From Hyalangium minutum (GTDB lineage: Bacteria > Myxococcota > Myxococcia > Myxococcales > Myxococcaceae), in NCBI RefSeq assembly GCF_000737315.1, contig NZ_JMCB01000002.1, positions 62,001 to 126,000 of the forward strand: a stretch of DNA of 64,000 nucleotides, in the 5' to 3' direction. The notes under the pieces are model-generated. The model was not told the origin of the DNA. It was given only the letters and a program-made list of their open reading frames with translations, and did no database searches. The number at the start of each line of letters is the position of its first letter. Position 1 is the stretch's first letter. Both the position numbers and the translations under genes were made by a program. Below are positions 43,466 through 53,073 of this stretch, one piece after another.

Positions 43466-46361
43466 GGCTCTTCCCCAGGTGCTTGCGGATGGTGTCCAGG
43501 AGCTGATCGCGGTCCAGCGGCTTGGTGAGGTACGCGTCGCAGCCGGCCTTGAGGGCCCGGTCCTGGTACTCGCGGCCCGCGTGGGCGGTGACGGCGATGA
43601 CGGGGACCTTGGAGATGGCGGCCGGCAGGGCGCGGATGCGACGGGTGGCCTCCCAGCCGTCCACGCGCGGCAGGGACAGGTCCATCAGCACCAGGTCCGG
43701 CGTCTCCTTCTGCGCGCGCTCCAGGCCCAGCTCACCGTCCTCGGCCTCGAGCAGCTCGTAGTTGTTGCCGAGGTAGCGGCGGACGATGTCGCGGTTCTGC
43801 GGGTTGTCCTCGACGTAGAGGATGCGGGGCATGCGCCCGCTGTTGGCCGCGCGCTTCTGCAGCAGCAGCGCCTTGGCTTGGCCAATCACGTCGTCGATGG
43901 CGTGGCCGCCCTTGCGCACGAAGGCGATGAGCCCGTTGCGCAGCGTGCTCTGCTCCTCGCTGGTCAGGTCCTTGCCGGTGAGCACCACCACCGGCATGTG
44001 GAGGTTCTCCGCGCGCAGCCGCCGCAGCACCTCGAAGCCGTCGAGGTTGGGCATCATGAGGTCCAGCACCACGAGGATGGGCGGGGAGACGCGGGCCTTG
44101 AGCAGGGCGTCCTCGCCGCTGTGGGCCTCGGAGGTGGAGAAGCCGGCGCGGCGCAGGCTGCGGCTGACGAGCTCGCGGGTGCCCGCGTCGTCATCCACCA
44201 CCAGCACCTCGCCGGTGCCCAGGGCCTGGGTGCCCAGGGTGCGCGTCACCACCTCCACCAGCCGGTCCGGCTCGATGGGCTTGACGAGGTACTCGCACGC
44301 GCCCAGCGAGTAGCCGCGCGCGCGCTGCTCCTCCACGGACACGAGGATGACGGGGATGGTGGACAGGTGCGGCTCGCTCTTGAGCTGGCTGAGCACGCTC
44401 CAGCCGTCCAGCCGGGGCAGGTGGATGTCCAGGATGATGGCCTGGGGCTTCACCTCGCGCGCCAGCCGCAGCGCGTTCACGCCGTCGCCGGCGGGCACCA
44501 CCTTGAAGCCCGCGGGCTCCAGCTGGCCCACCACCAGCTGCTGCATGAGCAAGTCGTCGTCCACCACCAGCACGGTGCTGCCGGCCGCCAGCGGGGCCAG
44601 CTTCGCCGCCACGTCCTCCACGGACACCGCCTGCTCCGGCTGCTCTCCATTGCTGGAGGCGGACGGCGCGGGGGCCGGGCTCTCCAGCACGCCCGCGAGC
44701 CGCACGGTGAAGGTGGAGCCGCGGCCCAGCACGCTGGTGACGTTGACGTTGCCGCCGAGCACCTTGCTCAGCTCGCGGACAATCGCCAGACCCAGGCCGG
44801 TGCCGCCCACCTTGCGCGTGTGCGAGCCGTCCACCTGGCGGAACTTCTCGAAGATGTGCTGCACCTGATCGGGCGGAATGCCGACGCCGGTGTCCTCCAC
44901 CGACATCACCGCCTCGTTGCCCTCGGCGCGCAGGGCCAGCGCCACCTCTCCGGACTCGGTGAACTTGGCGGCGTTGCTCAGCAGGTTGAGCATGATCTGC
45001 CGCAGCTTCAGCGCGTCCGTCTGCAGGAACCGCGCGCGCTCTTCGATGTTGAGCGTGAGCGCCACGTCCTTGCCCTTGAGGTACTCGCGCACCGTGGCCT
45101 GGCACTCCTCGGCCAGCTCCTGCACGTCCACGCGCTCGGTGACGACTTCCACGCGGCCCGCTTCGATCTTCGACAGGTCCAGAATGTCGTTGATGAGCGC
45201 CAGCAGCGTCTTGGCGTTCGTCTTCACGACGTTCAAGTCACGCCGGCCGTGGGCGGTGAGGCGGCTGCCCTCCTCGCGCATCAGCAGGTCGCAGTAGCCG
45301 ATGATGCCGTTGAGCGGGGTGCGAATCTCGTGGCTGAAGTTGGCGAGGAACTCGCTCTTGAGGCGGGCGGCGGCCTCGGCCTCGCGGGCGCGCTCCTCCT
45401 CGTTGCGCTTGGAGATGGCCAGGTCCGTGGCCAGCTTGTCCAGGTCCTCGTTCTGCTGGCGGATGATCTCCATCTGCAGCGCGCGCTGCTGGTAGCTGGC
45501 CAGCGAGCGGGCGGAGACGGACTTCGTGCGCTTGAGCTCATCGAGGTTCTCGGCCAGCTTCTTGTTGGCCGCCTGGAGCGCCGCCTCGTTGCGCTTGCGC
45601 TCGGTGATGTCCTCGGTGACGCCCATCACATAGAGGACCTCACCCTGCTCATTGGTGAGGGGGATCTTCCGGGTGCCGAACTGGCGATCCTCGCTGACGA
45701 CGCGCGCGACCTCCTCGAAGGATTTGATCTGCTTGGAGGCGGCCACCTCGCGATCAATGGCGACGAAGGCGTCGGCCTGCTCCTTGGGGAAGTAGTCGTG
45801 ATCCAGCTTCCCGAGCAGGCCCTCCTTGGTGGTCTGAAACGAGTCCGTGAACGTCTTGTTGACGACCTTGAGCCGCAGCTCCTTGGCATCCTTGACGAAG
45901 AGGATGAAGGGCAGGCTGTCGATGATCTTGTTGAGCAGCCAGACCGTGCGCTGGAGCTCCTCCCCCTGCTCGTGCTGGTGTCCGCGCGCGAGGATCAGCC
46001 CCAGCCGGCCCAGCTGCTCTTCGGTGAGGTAGTCGCTGGCCCCGGCTTGCATGGCGGCCGCCAGTGTCTCCTCGTTCCACTGGCGTGACAGCACCACGAA
46101 GGGCGTACCGTGGCCCTTTTGCTTCCAAGTGGCGTGAATCTGCTCCAGGGAGAGCGCCCCCGGCTCCGTGCCGAACACCACCAGAGACCAGGGCTTCGCC
46201 AACGCAGCAGCGAGCGCGTCGGCGCTGGAGACCCGCTCCACCTCGTGCCGCGGCGACACTCGGCGCAGTGCGTTTAGAACCTGCTCGGTCTCGCGTTCGC
46301 TGGTGTGGAGGAGGATGCGGTGGGTAGGGCTTTCGGTTTGCGCGAGGGGCGAGAGGCTCAT
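43458..46361 (-). CDS. Cytoplasmic hybrid histidine kinase (pseudo-REC-PAS-coiled coil-HisKA-HATPase-3xREC)
   Basis: FSHEIRTPLN, NLLSNAAKF and GTGLGL, plus three C-terminal receivers with DDD/ED...D...K. TGATG overlap with the FIST gene. Confidence 0.93.
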   Translation of the reverse strand: MSLSPLAQTESPTHRILLHTSERETEQVLNALRRVSPRHEVERVSSADALAAALAKPWSLVVFGTEPGALSLEQIHATWKQKGHGTPFVVLSRQWNEETLAAAMQAGASDYLTEEQLGRLGLILARGHQHEQGEELQRTVWLLNKIIDSLPFILFVKDAKELRLKVVNKTFTDSFQTTKEGLLGKLDHDYFPKEQADAFVAIDREVAASKQIKSFEEVARVVSEDRQFGTRKIPLTNEQGEVLYVMGVTEDITERKRNEAALQAANKKLAENLDELKRTKSVSARSLASYQQRALQMEIIRQQNEDLDKLATDLAISKRNEEERAREAEAAARLKSEFLANFSHEIRTPLNGIIGYCDLLMREEGSRLTAHGRRDLNVVKTNAKTLLALINDILDLSKIEAGRVEVVTERVDVQELAEECQATVREYLKGKDVALTLNIEERARFLQTDALKLRQIMLNLLSNAAKFTESGEVALALRAEGNEAVMSVEDTGVGIPPDQVQHIFEKFRQVDGSHTRKVGGTGLGLAIVRELSKVLGGNVNVTSVLGRGSTFTVRLAGVLESPAPAPSASSNGEQPEQAVSVEDVAAKLAPLAAGSTVLVVDDDLLMQQLVVGQLEPAGFKVVPAGDGVNALRLAREVKPQAIILDIHLPRLDGWSVLSQLKSEPHLSTIPVILVSVEEQRARGYSLGACEYLVKPIEPDRLVEVVTRTLGTQALGTGEVLVVDDDAGTRELVSRSLRRAGFSTSEAHSGEDALLKARVSPPILVVLDLMMPNLDGFEVLRRLRAENLHMPVVVLTGKDLTSEEQSTLRNGLIAFVRKGGHAIDDVIGQAKALLLQKRAANSGRMPRILYVEDNPQNRDIVRRYLGNNYELLEAEDGELGLERAQKETPDLVLMDLSLPRVDGWEATRRIRALPAAISKVPVIAVTAHAGREYQDRALKAGCDAYLTKPLDRDQLLDTIRKHLGKSHG

Positions 46362-47524
46362 CAGTTGGATCCGAACGCCAGCACGGTCAGCGTGGTGTTG
46401 ATGTGGAACCCCGAGTAGATCTCGAAGTGCACATTCATTCCAGCCGCCGTCGGCGCGGAGCGCAAGGTCTCCGCCAATTCGGGAACCTTACCTGTAGCGC
46501 TCGCGTACCACATACGCCCACCGCAATGAAACAGGAGGACAGCCTGGGGGTTGTGTACCCGCCTGGGCAGCTCCTCCGTGAAGAAGGACTTCGTCATTCC
46601 GGCCATGTCGCCAATCTTCATGAGCTCCAGCTCGGAGCCCTCCTCCAGCAAGTTGGCGAAAAGAATGGAGTTATCCTCGAGGATGGGCTTCCAGGGGGCG
46701 CGGATGAAGTACTCGCGTCCCACGCGGAGTGCGGTCGGGCGGACGGCGAAGCCCTTGGGGGTTCCGAACTCCAGCTCACTCGGCTGGCACCCGAGCAGGT
46801 CCGCGTAGCGCTGGGCCGCCGGCTTGCCATCAATCTCCAGGGCGCGGGTGTGCGTCTCGTCGACCTTGGTAATCGTCATCCGCTCGCCGGTGGGGATGTA
46901 CCAGTGCGAGCGGAGGGCGGCGAACGGGGCGTTGGTGCGGAACAGGGCCACGAGCACCGCGTCGGTGGCGACTTCACCGTCCACGTGGAGCTGCGAGGAC
47001 TGCTTGGAGATGTCGCGGTTGTCGTCGCTGGCGCCGCCGCCCACGAGCACCAGCGTCTGGTTCTTCTCGAGGATGCCCAGCAGCAGCTCTTCCTTCTTGT
47101 AGCGGAAGCCGTCGTCAATCACGAGGCCCACGTACTTGCGCGGATCCAGATCCGCCTGCCGCACGCCGAGCTCCTCGCAGGCCTTCTTGATGGCGTTGCC
47201 GCCCGCGGAGACGGCATCCAGGCTCAGGCCGGTGCCCAGGCCCACGCCCACGTCGAAGTCCCCGTAGAGGGCGCCGAGCACCACGGAGCCGGAGTGGATG
47301 CCGGTGTTGTCCAGCTCACCGGCGGTGGTGGCGCCCACCAGGCGGCAGCCCTTGGGGAGCCGCTCGCGCACGGCGCGGTTGAGCGCGCTCTGGTCGCGCT
47401 CACGCGAGGCGAACATCATCACCAGCTTGGGGGTGATGCTGCCCAGCTGCTTCATCAAGTCCTCCGCGGCCGCGACGGGCTCCTTCTCGGTGCTGCGAGC
47501 CGTCTGCATCTTCACTTGCGCCAT
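46361..47524 (-). CDS. FIST N/C domain signal-transduction protein (NosP-like)
   Basis: LVGATTAGE, VGGGASDD, LEIDGKPA, LFHCGGR and INTTL FIST motifs. ATG 47524 has a GGAGG RBS. Confidence 0.88.
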   Translation of the reverse strand: MAQVKMQTARSTEKEPVAAAEDLMKQLGSITPKLVMMFASRERDQSALNRAVRERLPKGCRLVGATTAGELDNTGIHSGSVVLGALYGDFDVGVGLGTGLSLDAVSAGGNAIKKACEELGVRQADLDPRKYVGLVIDDGFRYKKEELLLGILEKNQTLVLVGGGASDDNRDISKQSSQLHVDGEVATDAVLVALFRTNAPFAALRSHWYIPTGERMTITKVDETHTRALEIDGKPAAQRYADLLGCQPSELEFGTPKGFAVRPTALRVGREYFIRAPWKPILEDNSILFANLLEEGSELELMKIGDMAGMTKSFFTEELPRRVHNPQAVLLFHCGGRMWYASATGKVPELAETLRSAPTAAGMNVHFEIYSGFHINTTLTVLAFGSN

Positions 47525-47549
47525 GGAGGACCTCCGGGTGTGGGAGCGG

Positions 47550-49379
47550 CTAGAGGCCGCTCTGAGGGTGATTAGTGTGGCAGGTACTGGTGCACTGCTG
47601 GAAGGATTCGCTGCCGCCCCCCACATACATGCTCTTGAGGGGGCCGAATTGGGCCTGGTGCTGGGGGGACCACGTCTTGTGGCACGAGAAGCATGCAGCC
47701 TTGCTGGTGCGCTGGATGCTGGAGCGGTTCAGGTGGCAGCTGCTGCACTGAGCCAGGTTGGTATCAAACCGGTCCGAGCGCGAGTGGATGAAGTGCACGC
47801 GCACGAAGATGGGGCCCTCCAGCTCGAAGGAGAGGGGGGCGTGGCAGCCGTTGCAGGCGGCTCGGTTGTCGTTGCCGTGGAGCACGCTGGCCAGCTCGCC
47901 GCCCTTGCTGTGGCAGCTGTTGCACGGGCCGGTGGTGGGCACCGGGGTGGTCTGCTGCCGGGTGCCGACCTGGATTTCCAGGGTGCGGCTGTAGGGCATG
48001 TCCTCGCCCAGGTACACACGGCGGCCCTTCACCGTGACGAGGTAGGTGCCAGGCACGGCGTTGGCGGGCAGCTGGGTGGTCCACGTGTCGCTGACGGGCG
48101 CAGCCCAGCCGGCGTGGGTGGGATCGAACGCACCGCCGAACAGGTTCGGGCCCTTCGGGATGGTCTGCACCTGGGAGAAGAGGCCGTCACGCTCGAAGGT
48201 GGCCGGCGTCTGGACGGTAGGCCCCAGGAAGTCGTTGAGGTCGAGGATGGAGCGGATGGGCTGGATTCTCTGGGCCGGCCCGATGATCTGCGTCATCAGC
48301 ATGCGCTCGCGGTGCTTCCTGCGGTAATACGTGGCCGACGGATCGAAGAACGCCCGATAGTACTGGATGCCCGGCTCATTGTTGCCGAAGACAACCTCAT
48401 TATACGTCGGAAGCGAGCCCTGGGGGTGGAGCCTGCGGCCGGAGCCATCCTTCAGGGTGAGACGGAAGGTGATGGAGGTGCCCGGGGCGTAGGTACCGTC
48501 CGCGCGGGGCGGAGTGACGGGCACCATGTCGATGGAGAAGCCGTAGTCATACGCGGGGCGTGCCACCTGCTCCACGGGGATGGTGTACGGGGCGCTGGGG
48601 CGCAGGGACCAGCGCAGGCGGAGCGCCTTGGTGCGCGAGTCGAGCTTCAGCAGCTTCTCCTTGCACGGGGTGCGGGCGTTGCGCAGCTCCACCAGCGCCT
48701 CCTCCATGAAGTTGTTGGCGCCCGCGCAGCTCTCCAGCGAGCGGCAGTCATACGTCCACTGGATGGCGCGGAAGCGGCGGACGAAGAAGTCGTCGTCATC
48801 CCGGCGCTGGTCGTTGGCGCCCGCGTTGAGCTCCAGGGGGCGGCCGAGGGTGCGGCCCTGGGCGTCCACCTGCTCCACGATGAAGATGCTGGGCAGGTCC
48901 ATCCACAAGGCGTTCCGGTAGAAGCGGCGGCGCTTGTAGCCCTCGGGGCCCGGAGACAGCTCGAACTCCTCGTCCACCTGCCGCACGCCAAGCCACCCCA
49001 GGCCGGCGAACAACCCGTTGCGGCGCAGGCCGTCCACGCCTTCGTCCCGGGTGGCCGTCACCGAGCTGCGCAGGTCGATCTGGTTGATGAAGAAGGTCTG
49101 CCCCGCCTTCACGCGCAGCGGGATGCCCTCGCCGTCCTCCACCTCGAGCGCCAGGCTCACGGCCTTGTCGGTCGACGGGTCCGAGCGGCGCTCGTCGTCG
49201 GCGTCCTCCACGGCCTGGGACTGAGTGCTCAGCTCGGAGGGGGCGCTGGCGCCCGCCGGCTCTGCGCCGCACGCGGCCATCAGCGGGGTGAGTGAAGCAA
49301 GCAGGAGCACCACACCGAGCGACCCCACCTGTCGGGTGGTCTCGACCTTCATTGCCAGCGGCGCCGTCGACTTACGCAT
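47550..49379 (-). CDS. Multiheme (five-motif) c-type cytochrome lipoprotein
   Basis: Lipobox-like MAAC. C-terminal CNSCH, CNGCH, CSSCH, CFSCH and CTSTCH, preceded by a large beta-rich region. Confidence 0.85.
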   Translation of the reverse strand: MRKSTAPLAMKVETTRQVGSLGVVLLLASLTPLMAACGAEPAGASAPSELSTQSQAVEDADDERRSDPSTDKAVSLALEVEDGEGIPLRVKAGQTFFINQIDLRSSVTATRDEGVDGLRRNGLFAGLGWLGVRQVDEEFELSPGPEGYKRRRFYRNALWMDLPSIFIVEQVDAQGRTLGRPLELNAGANDQRRDDDDFFVRRFRAIQWTYDCRSLESCAGANNFMEEALVELRNARTPCKEKLLKLDSRTKALRLRWSLRPSAPYTIPVEQVARPAYDYGFSIDMVPVTPPRADGTYAPGTSITFRLTLKDGSGRRLHPQGSLPTYNEVVFGNNEPGIQYYRAFFDPSATYYRRKHRERMLMTQIIGPAQRIQPIRSILDLNDFLGPTVQTPATFERDGLFSQVQTIPKGPNLFGGAFDPTHAGWAAPVSDTWTTQLPANAVPGTYLVTVKGRRVYLGEDMPYSRTLEIQVGTRQQTTPVPTTGPCNSCHSKGGELASVLHGNDNRAACNGCHAPLSFELEGPIFVRVHFIHSRSDRFDTNLAQCSSCHLNRSSIQRTSKAACFSCHKTWSPQHQAQFGPLKSMYVGGGSESFQQCTSTCHTNHPQSGL

Positions 49380-49484
49380 GAGGGCCCCTCCTTGCTGCTG
49401 GCCGGGGAGAGGGAAGAGACCCCGGCCTTCTGATTATGTCCCCTGAACTCTCTTCTAAAACAGAGAGTACCAGAGAATCGTCAT

Positions 49485-49502
49485 TTCCGGCTTTAGCCGG
49501 AA
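49485..49502. promoter_or_regulatory. 8-2-8 dyad upstream of the cytochrome-FIST operon, candidate operator
   Basis: TTCCGGCT-TT-AGCCGGAA, about 105 nt upstream of the 49379 start. Confidence 0.45.
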
Positions 49503-49786
49503 GAGGCTGTTTCGAGCAGAAGAAAGAATATCCGTCTCAGGCAGAACAATTCAACTGTTAAGAAACTTGAACGGGCCTGAAAAGCGGTGAGATTGAAACA
49601 GAGCGTAATTTTCCCTTAAATCCTCAAAAACTGGGGTGTTTCAGGGGGGATTGAAAACAGGGTGTGGGGCGAAATCCGAGAGGGTGTGTGAACGAGGAAT
49701 CCTTGACTTCCCAACCCATTTCTTATTGAGCCGAGCGGGATTTTTTGGATCGCAACGAGCGCTCCAGAAATGGAGAAAACGGCGCT

Positions 49787-49826
49787 CCAGAGCGCTCTCC
49801 GCACGTAGCAGGTGAGAGCGCTCTGG
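49787..49826. repeat. 13-bp perfect inverted repeat in the divergent intergenic region
   Basis: ccagagcgctctc-N14-gagagcgctctgg. Confidence 0.5.
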
Positions 49827-50028
49827 GCCGACCCGGGCCTCGCGCGAGGGACGGCGCGGCGATTCAGGGGACACCACTCACCAGGTTGGGCCGCGGAGGC
49901 TGGCGTGAGGGGCGAGGGAGAGGAGGTGCGCCCCTGCTTCGTTGCTCGGGGTGCGTTGCGGAATGGCCTTCCTCGGCGCACGGCGTTAAGAGGCGAGCCC
50001 CGTTTTCTTTGGCCCCCAGCGATCTCCT

Positions 50029-53000
50029 ATGTCCCTCGTCGAAGGTCTCAAGGTTCGTTATCTCCCGCAGCCCGAGTGGGGCGTGGGTCACCTTGCCGCG
50101 CTCCAGGAAGGGGGCGCCAAGGCGGTCGTCTTCTTCCCGGCCCGCGAGGACTCCGCGGTGCTCGTCTCCACCAAAGGCGGGGCGCTCGTGTCGTACGCGC
50201 TGCCCAGCGGGGAGCCCGTCGTGACCGTCAAGGGACGGCAGGCCACCGTGGTGCGCGAGGAGCCCGGGGCTCGTGGGCTGCGCCGGTACGTCATCCGCTA
50301 CGCAGACACCGGTGAAGAGGACGAGATGCCCGAGTCCGAGCTGCGCGCGCTGCCTCCGCGCTCGGATCTGCTCTCCACCCTGCGCGAGGGCCGCGTCGGG
50401 GATTCCAAGGCCTTCATGCTCCGGAAGCAGGCGCTCGTGCTGGACGATGAGCGCCGGTGTGACGCCCTGGGCGCGCTGCTGGCCAGCCGGGTGATGGTGA
50501 AGCCTCACCAGGTGGGCGTGGTGCAGCGCGTGCTCTCCGCGCGCCGTCCGCGCTTCGTGCTCGCCGATGAGGTGGGCCTGGGGAAGACCATTGAAGCGGG
50601 CATGGTGTTCAGTGCGCTCCGGCTCTCGGGGCTCGCGCGCCGCGTGCTCGTGGTGGCCCCCAGCCACCTGACCGTGCAGTGGCTCGTGGAGCTGTTCCAC
50701 AAGTTCAACCAGCTCTTCACGTTGATGGACTCCGACCGCTACGCGCAGTCCCTCAAGGAGCAGCCCGAGGTGTCTCCCTGGGAGCGCTTCCCGCTCGTGG
50801 TGACCAGCCTGGAGATGCTCGCGCGCAACGAGGAGCACCGGCAGGCCGTCGCCGAGGAGGATGCGTTCTGGGATCTCGTCATTATTGATGAGGCCCACCA
50901 CCTCAAGGGCGAGAAGGCGTTCGAGGCCGCCGAGGCGCTCGCGGGCAATAGCTGGGGCCTGCTGCTGCTCACCGCCACGCCCATGCAGCTGGACCCGGCC
51001 GAGTACCACGGGCTGCTCACGCTGATCGACGCGGCCACCGCGCCCACGGTGAAGGGTTTCGAGTCGCGCTTGGCCCGGCAGGAGGAGCTGTCCACCGCTG
51101 TCCGCGCGCTGCTCGAGGGCAATGAGCCCGCCAAGGCCGTGAAGGCGCTGGCCAAACGCTTCCCCGAGGACGCCAAGCTCCAGGGGCTCAAGGACCGGGA
51201 CGCGCTGCTGGAGCACCTCGCGGAGACGTACAGCCTGTCCGACCGGCTCGTGCGCAACCGTCGCGCCATTGTCGGCGGCTTCTCCACCCGGCGCCTGCAC
51301 CGCCACCCGGTGAAGCTCTCCGCCGAGGAGCTGAAGACACGCGATAGCGCCTTGGCGGCCCTCGCGAAGTCGAGCCTGCGCGGCGCGCCGCTGGCCAACG
51401 TGCTGCGCCGGCTGGAGTCCAGCCCCTCGGCGTTCGCTGGTGCCGTCAGCTCCAACCCCGCGCTGAAGGGCGCGGATCTGAAGCTGCCGTCGCGGGATGC
51501 GAAGCTGGTGGCGTTCCTCGGCGTGCTGCGCGGCATCTGGGCCTCTGAGGCCGCCGCCAAGGTGCTCGTGTTCACCGAGAGCCGCGACACCCTGGAGGCC
51601 CTGCAGGCGGAGCTGGGCCGCGAGGGCATCGAGGCGCTCGGCTACCACGGCGACTTGCCGCTGGTGGAGAGAGACAGACAGGTGGCGCGCTTCCGCGATC
51701 CCGAGGGCCCCAAGGTCCTGCTGTGCACCGAAGTCGGTGGCGAGGGCCGCAACTTCCAGTTCGCCCACCACCTGGTGCACTACGACTTGCCGTGGAGCCC
51801 CGGCACCGTCGAGCAGCGCATCGGCCGCCTGGACCGCATCGGCCAGACGAAGCCGGTGGAGATCCACGTGTTTGACCCAGCGGGCACGCTCGCCTCGGAC
51901 GTGCTGATGCTGCTGGCGGACGCGGTGGGAGTGTTCGGCGAGACCGTGGGTGGCCTCGACGCGGTGCTGGAGGAGGTGGAGGACCGGATCGCCGAGCTGG
52001 CACTGCTGCCTCGCGAGGCCCGCGTCGCCTACGCGGCCGAGCTGAAGACCAAGGTGGAGGCGGCTCGGGCGCAGGTGAAGCGCGCGTATGACCCGCTGCT
52101 GGATCTGCGCTCCTTCGACAAGCCGGCGGTGGCGCGGCTGGTGGCGCGTGCGCAAGCGCGCATGGGCATGGAGGAGGAGGACGAAGAAGAGGGCGAGGAG
52201 CTGCCGCTGGAGGATGGCCTCTGGGGCGTGGCGAGAGACCTCGACGAGCGGCTGGAGGAGACCGTCACGGAGCTGGCCAAGCGGGTCGGCATCCGCGTGG
52301 ACACGGACGAGGAGGTGGACGCGTTCCAGTGCGCCTTCCACTTCGGCCATGCGCTCAACGTGGAGGGGCTGCCCGGACTCGACGTGATGGAGGACCGGAC
52401 GCTGCTGGGCACTTTCTGGCGCGACACGGCGGTGGAGGCCGAGGAACTGGAGTACTTCGCCACTGGGCACTCGCTGGTGGAGGCGCTGTTCGGCTTCCTG
52501 CGCGACGGGCCGTACGGGCGCAGCGGCTTCCGGTTCATCGAGAAGCGCGGGCCCCTCAAGGCGCGCGGGCTGGAGCTGCTCTACCACGTGCAGACGCCCG
52601 AGCCCGAGGACACCTCTGCCGGTGCCCGTGTGCCGAGCCGTCAGCTCGCGCGCTTCCTGGAGCGCACGCTGCTGCCGGTGGCCGTGGCCGAGGGGCCGGG
52701 TGGTGCCAAGGCGGATGCGACGCTGCTGCCCGCGCTGGAGGCAGAGGGCCGCGCGCTCAAGGGCGACGAGGTGTCGCGCGCGTTCCCGGGTGTCCGCGCG
52801 TTCGTGGACGCGGCGGTGACCGTGGGACAGAAGGCCGCCGAGGCGGAGCTGGGCAAGCTGGCCGCGAAGGCGCGCAAGGCCATCGAGGCCGAGCGGGACG
52901 CCACGCTGGAGCGGATGCGTCTGTCACTGGGACACCAGGGGCTGGATGCCAAGGCGCTGGAGGCCCAGCTCGACGCGGAGCGCACGCACTACGAGCGCCT

Positions 53001-53067
53001 GCTGAAAGCACTGGCGGGCGCGAAGGTGGTGCTCGACTCGGCCTGCGGGTTCGTCATCAACCGCTGA
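50029..53067 (+). CDS. rapA: RapA/HepA-like SNF2 family ATPase (RNA polymerase-associated)
   Basis: ADEVGLGKT, IIDEAH, LTATP, EGRNFQFA and EQRIGRLDRIGQ motifs, with a RapA-like C-terminal region. Confidence 0.8.
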   Translation: MSLVEGLKVRYLPQPEWGVGHLAALQEGGAKAVVFFPAREDSAVLVSTKGGALVSYALPSGEPVVTVKGRQATVVREEPGARGLRRYVIRYADTGEEDEMPESELRALPPRSDLLSTLREGRVGDSKAFMLRKQALVLDDERRCDALGALLASRVMVKPHQVGVVQRVLSARRPRFVLADEVGLGKTIEAGMVFSALRLSGLARRVLVVAPSHLTVQWLVELFHKFNQLFTLMDSDRYAQSLKEQPEVSPWERFPLVVTSLEMLARNEEHRQAVAEEDAFWDLVIIDEAHHLKGEKAFEAAEALAGNSWGLLLLTATPMQLDPAEYHGLLTLIDAATAPTVKGFESRLARQEELSTAVRALLEGNEPAKAVKALAKRFPEDAKLQGLKDRDALLEHLAETYSLSDRLVRNRRAIVGGFSTRRLHRHPVKLSAEELKTRDSALAALAKSSLRGAPLANVLRRLESSPSAFAGAVSSNPALKGADLKLPSRDAKLVAFLGVLRGIWASEAAAKVLVFTESRDTLEALQAELGREGIEALGYHGDLPLVERDRQVARFRDPEGPKVLLCTEVGGEGRNFQFAHHLVHYDLPWSPGTVEQRIGRLDRIGQTKPVEIHVFDPAGTLASDVLMLLADAVGVFGETVGGLDAVLEEVEDRIAELALLPREARVAYAAELKTKVEAARAQVKRAYDPLLDLRSFDKPAVARLVARAQARMGMEEEDEEEGEELPLEDGLWGVARDLDERLEETVTELAKRVGIRVDTDEEVDAFQCAFHFGHALNVEGLPGLDVMEDRTLLGTFWRDTAVEAEELEYFATGHSLVEALFGFLRDGPYGRSGFRFIEKRGPLKARGLELLYHVQTPEPEDTSAGARVPSRQLARFLERTLLPVAVAEGPGGAKADATLLPALEAEGRALKGDEVSRAFPGVRAFVDAAVTVGQKAAEAELGKLAAKARKAIEAERDATLERMRLSLGHQGLDAKALEAQLDAERTHYERLLKALAGAKVVLDSACGFVINR

Positions 53068-53073
53068 GCCTCT

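Noticed and set aside
49575-49660. GATTGAAAC-ending motifs resembling CRISPR repeat 3' ends
   Set aside because: Only two short partial matches, with no shared full repeat, no regular spacers and no cas genes.
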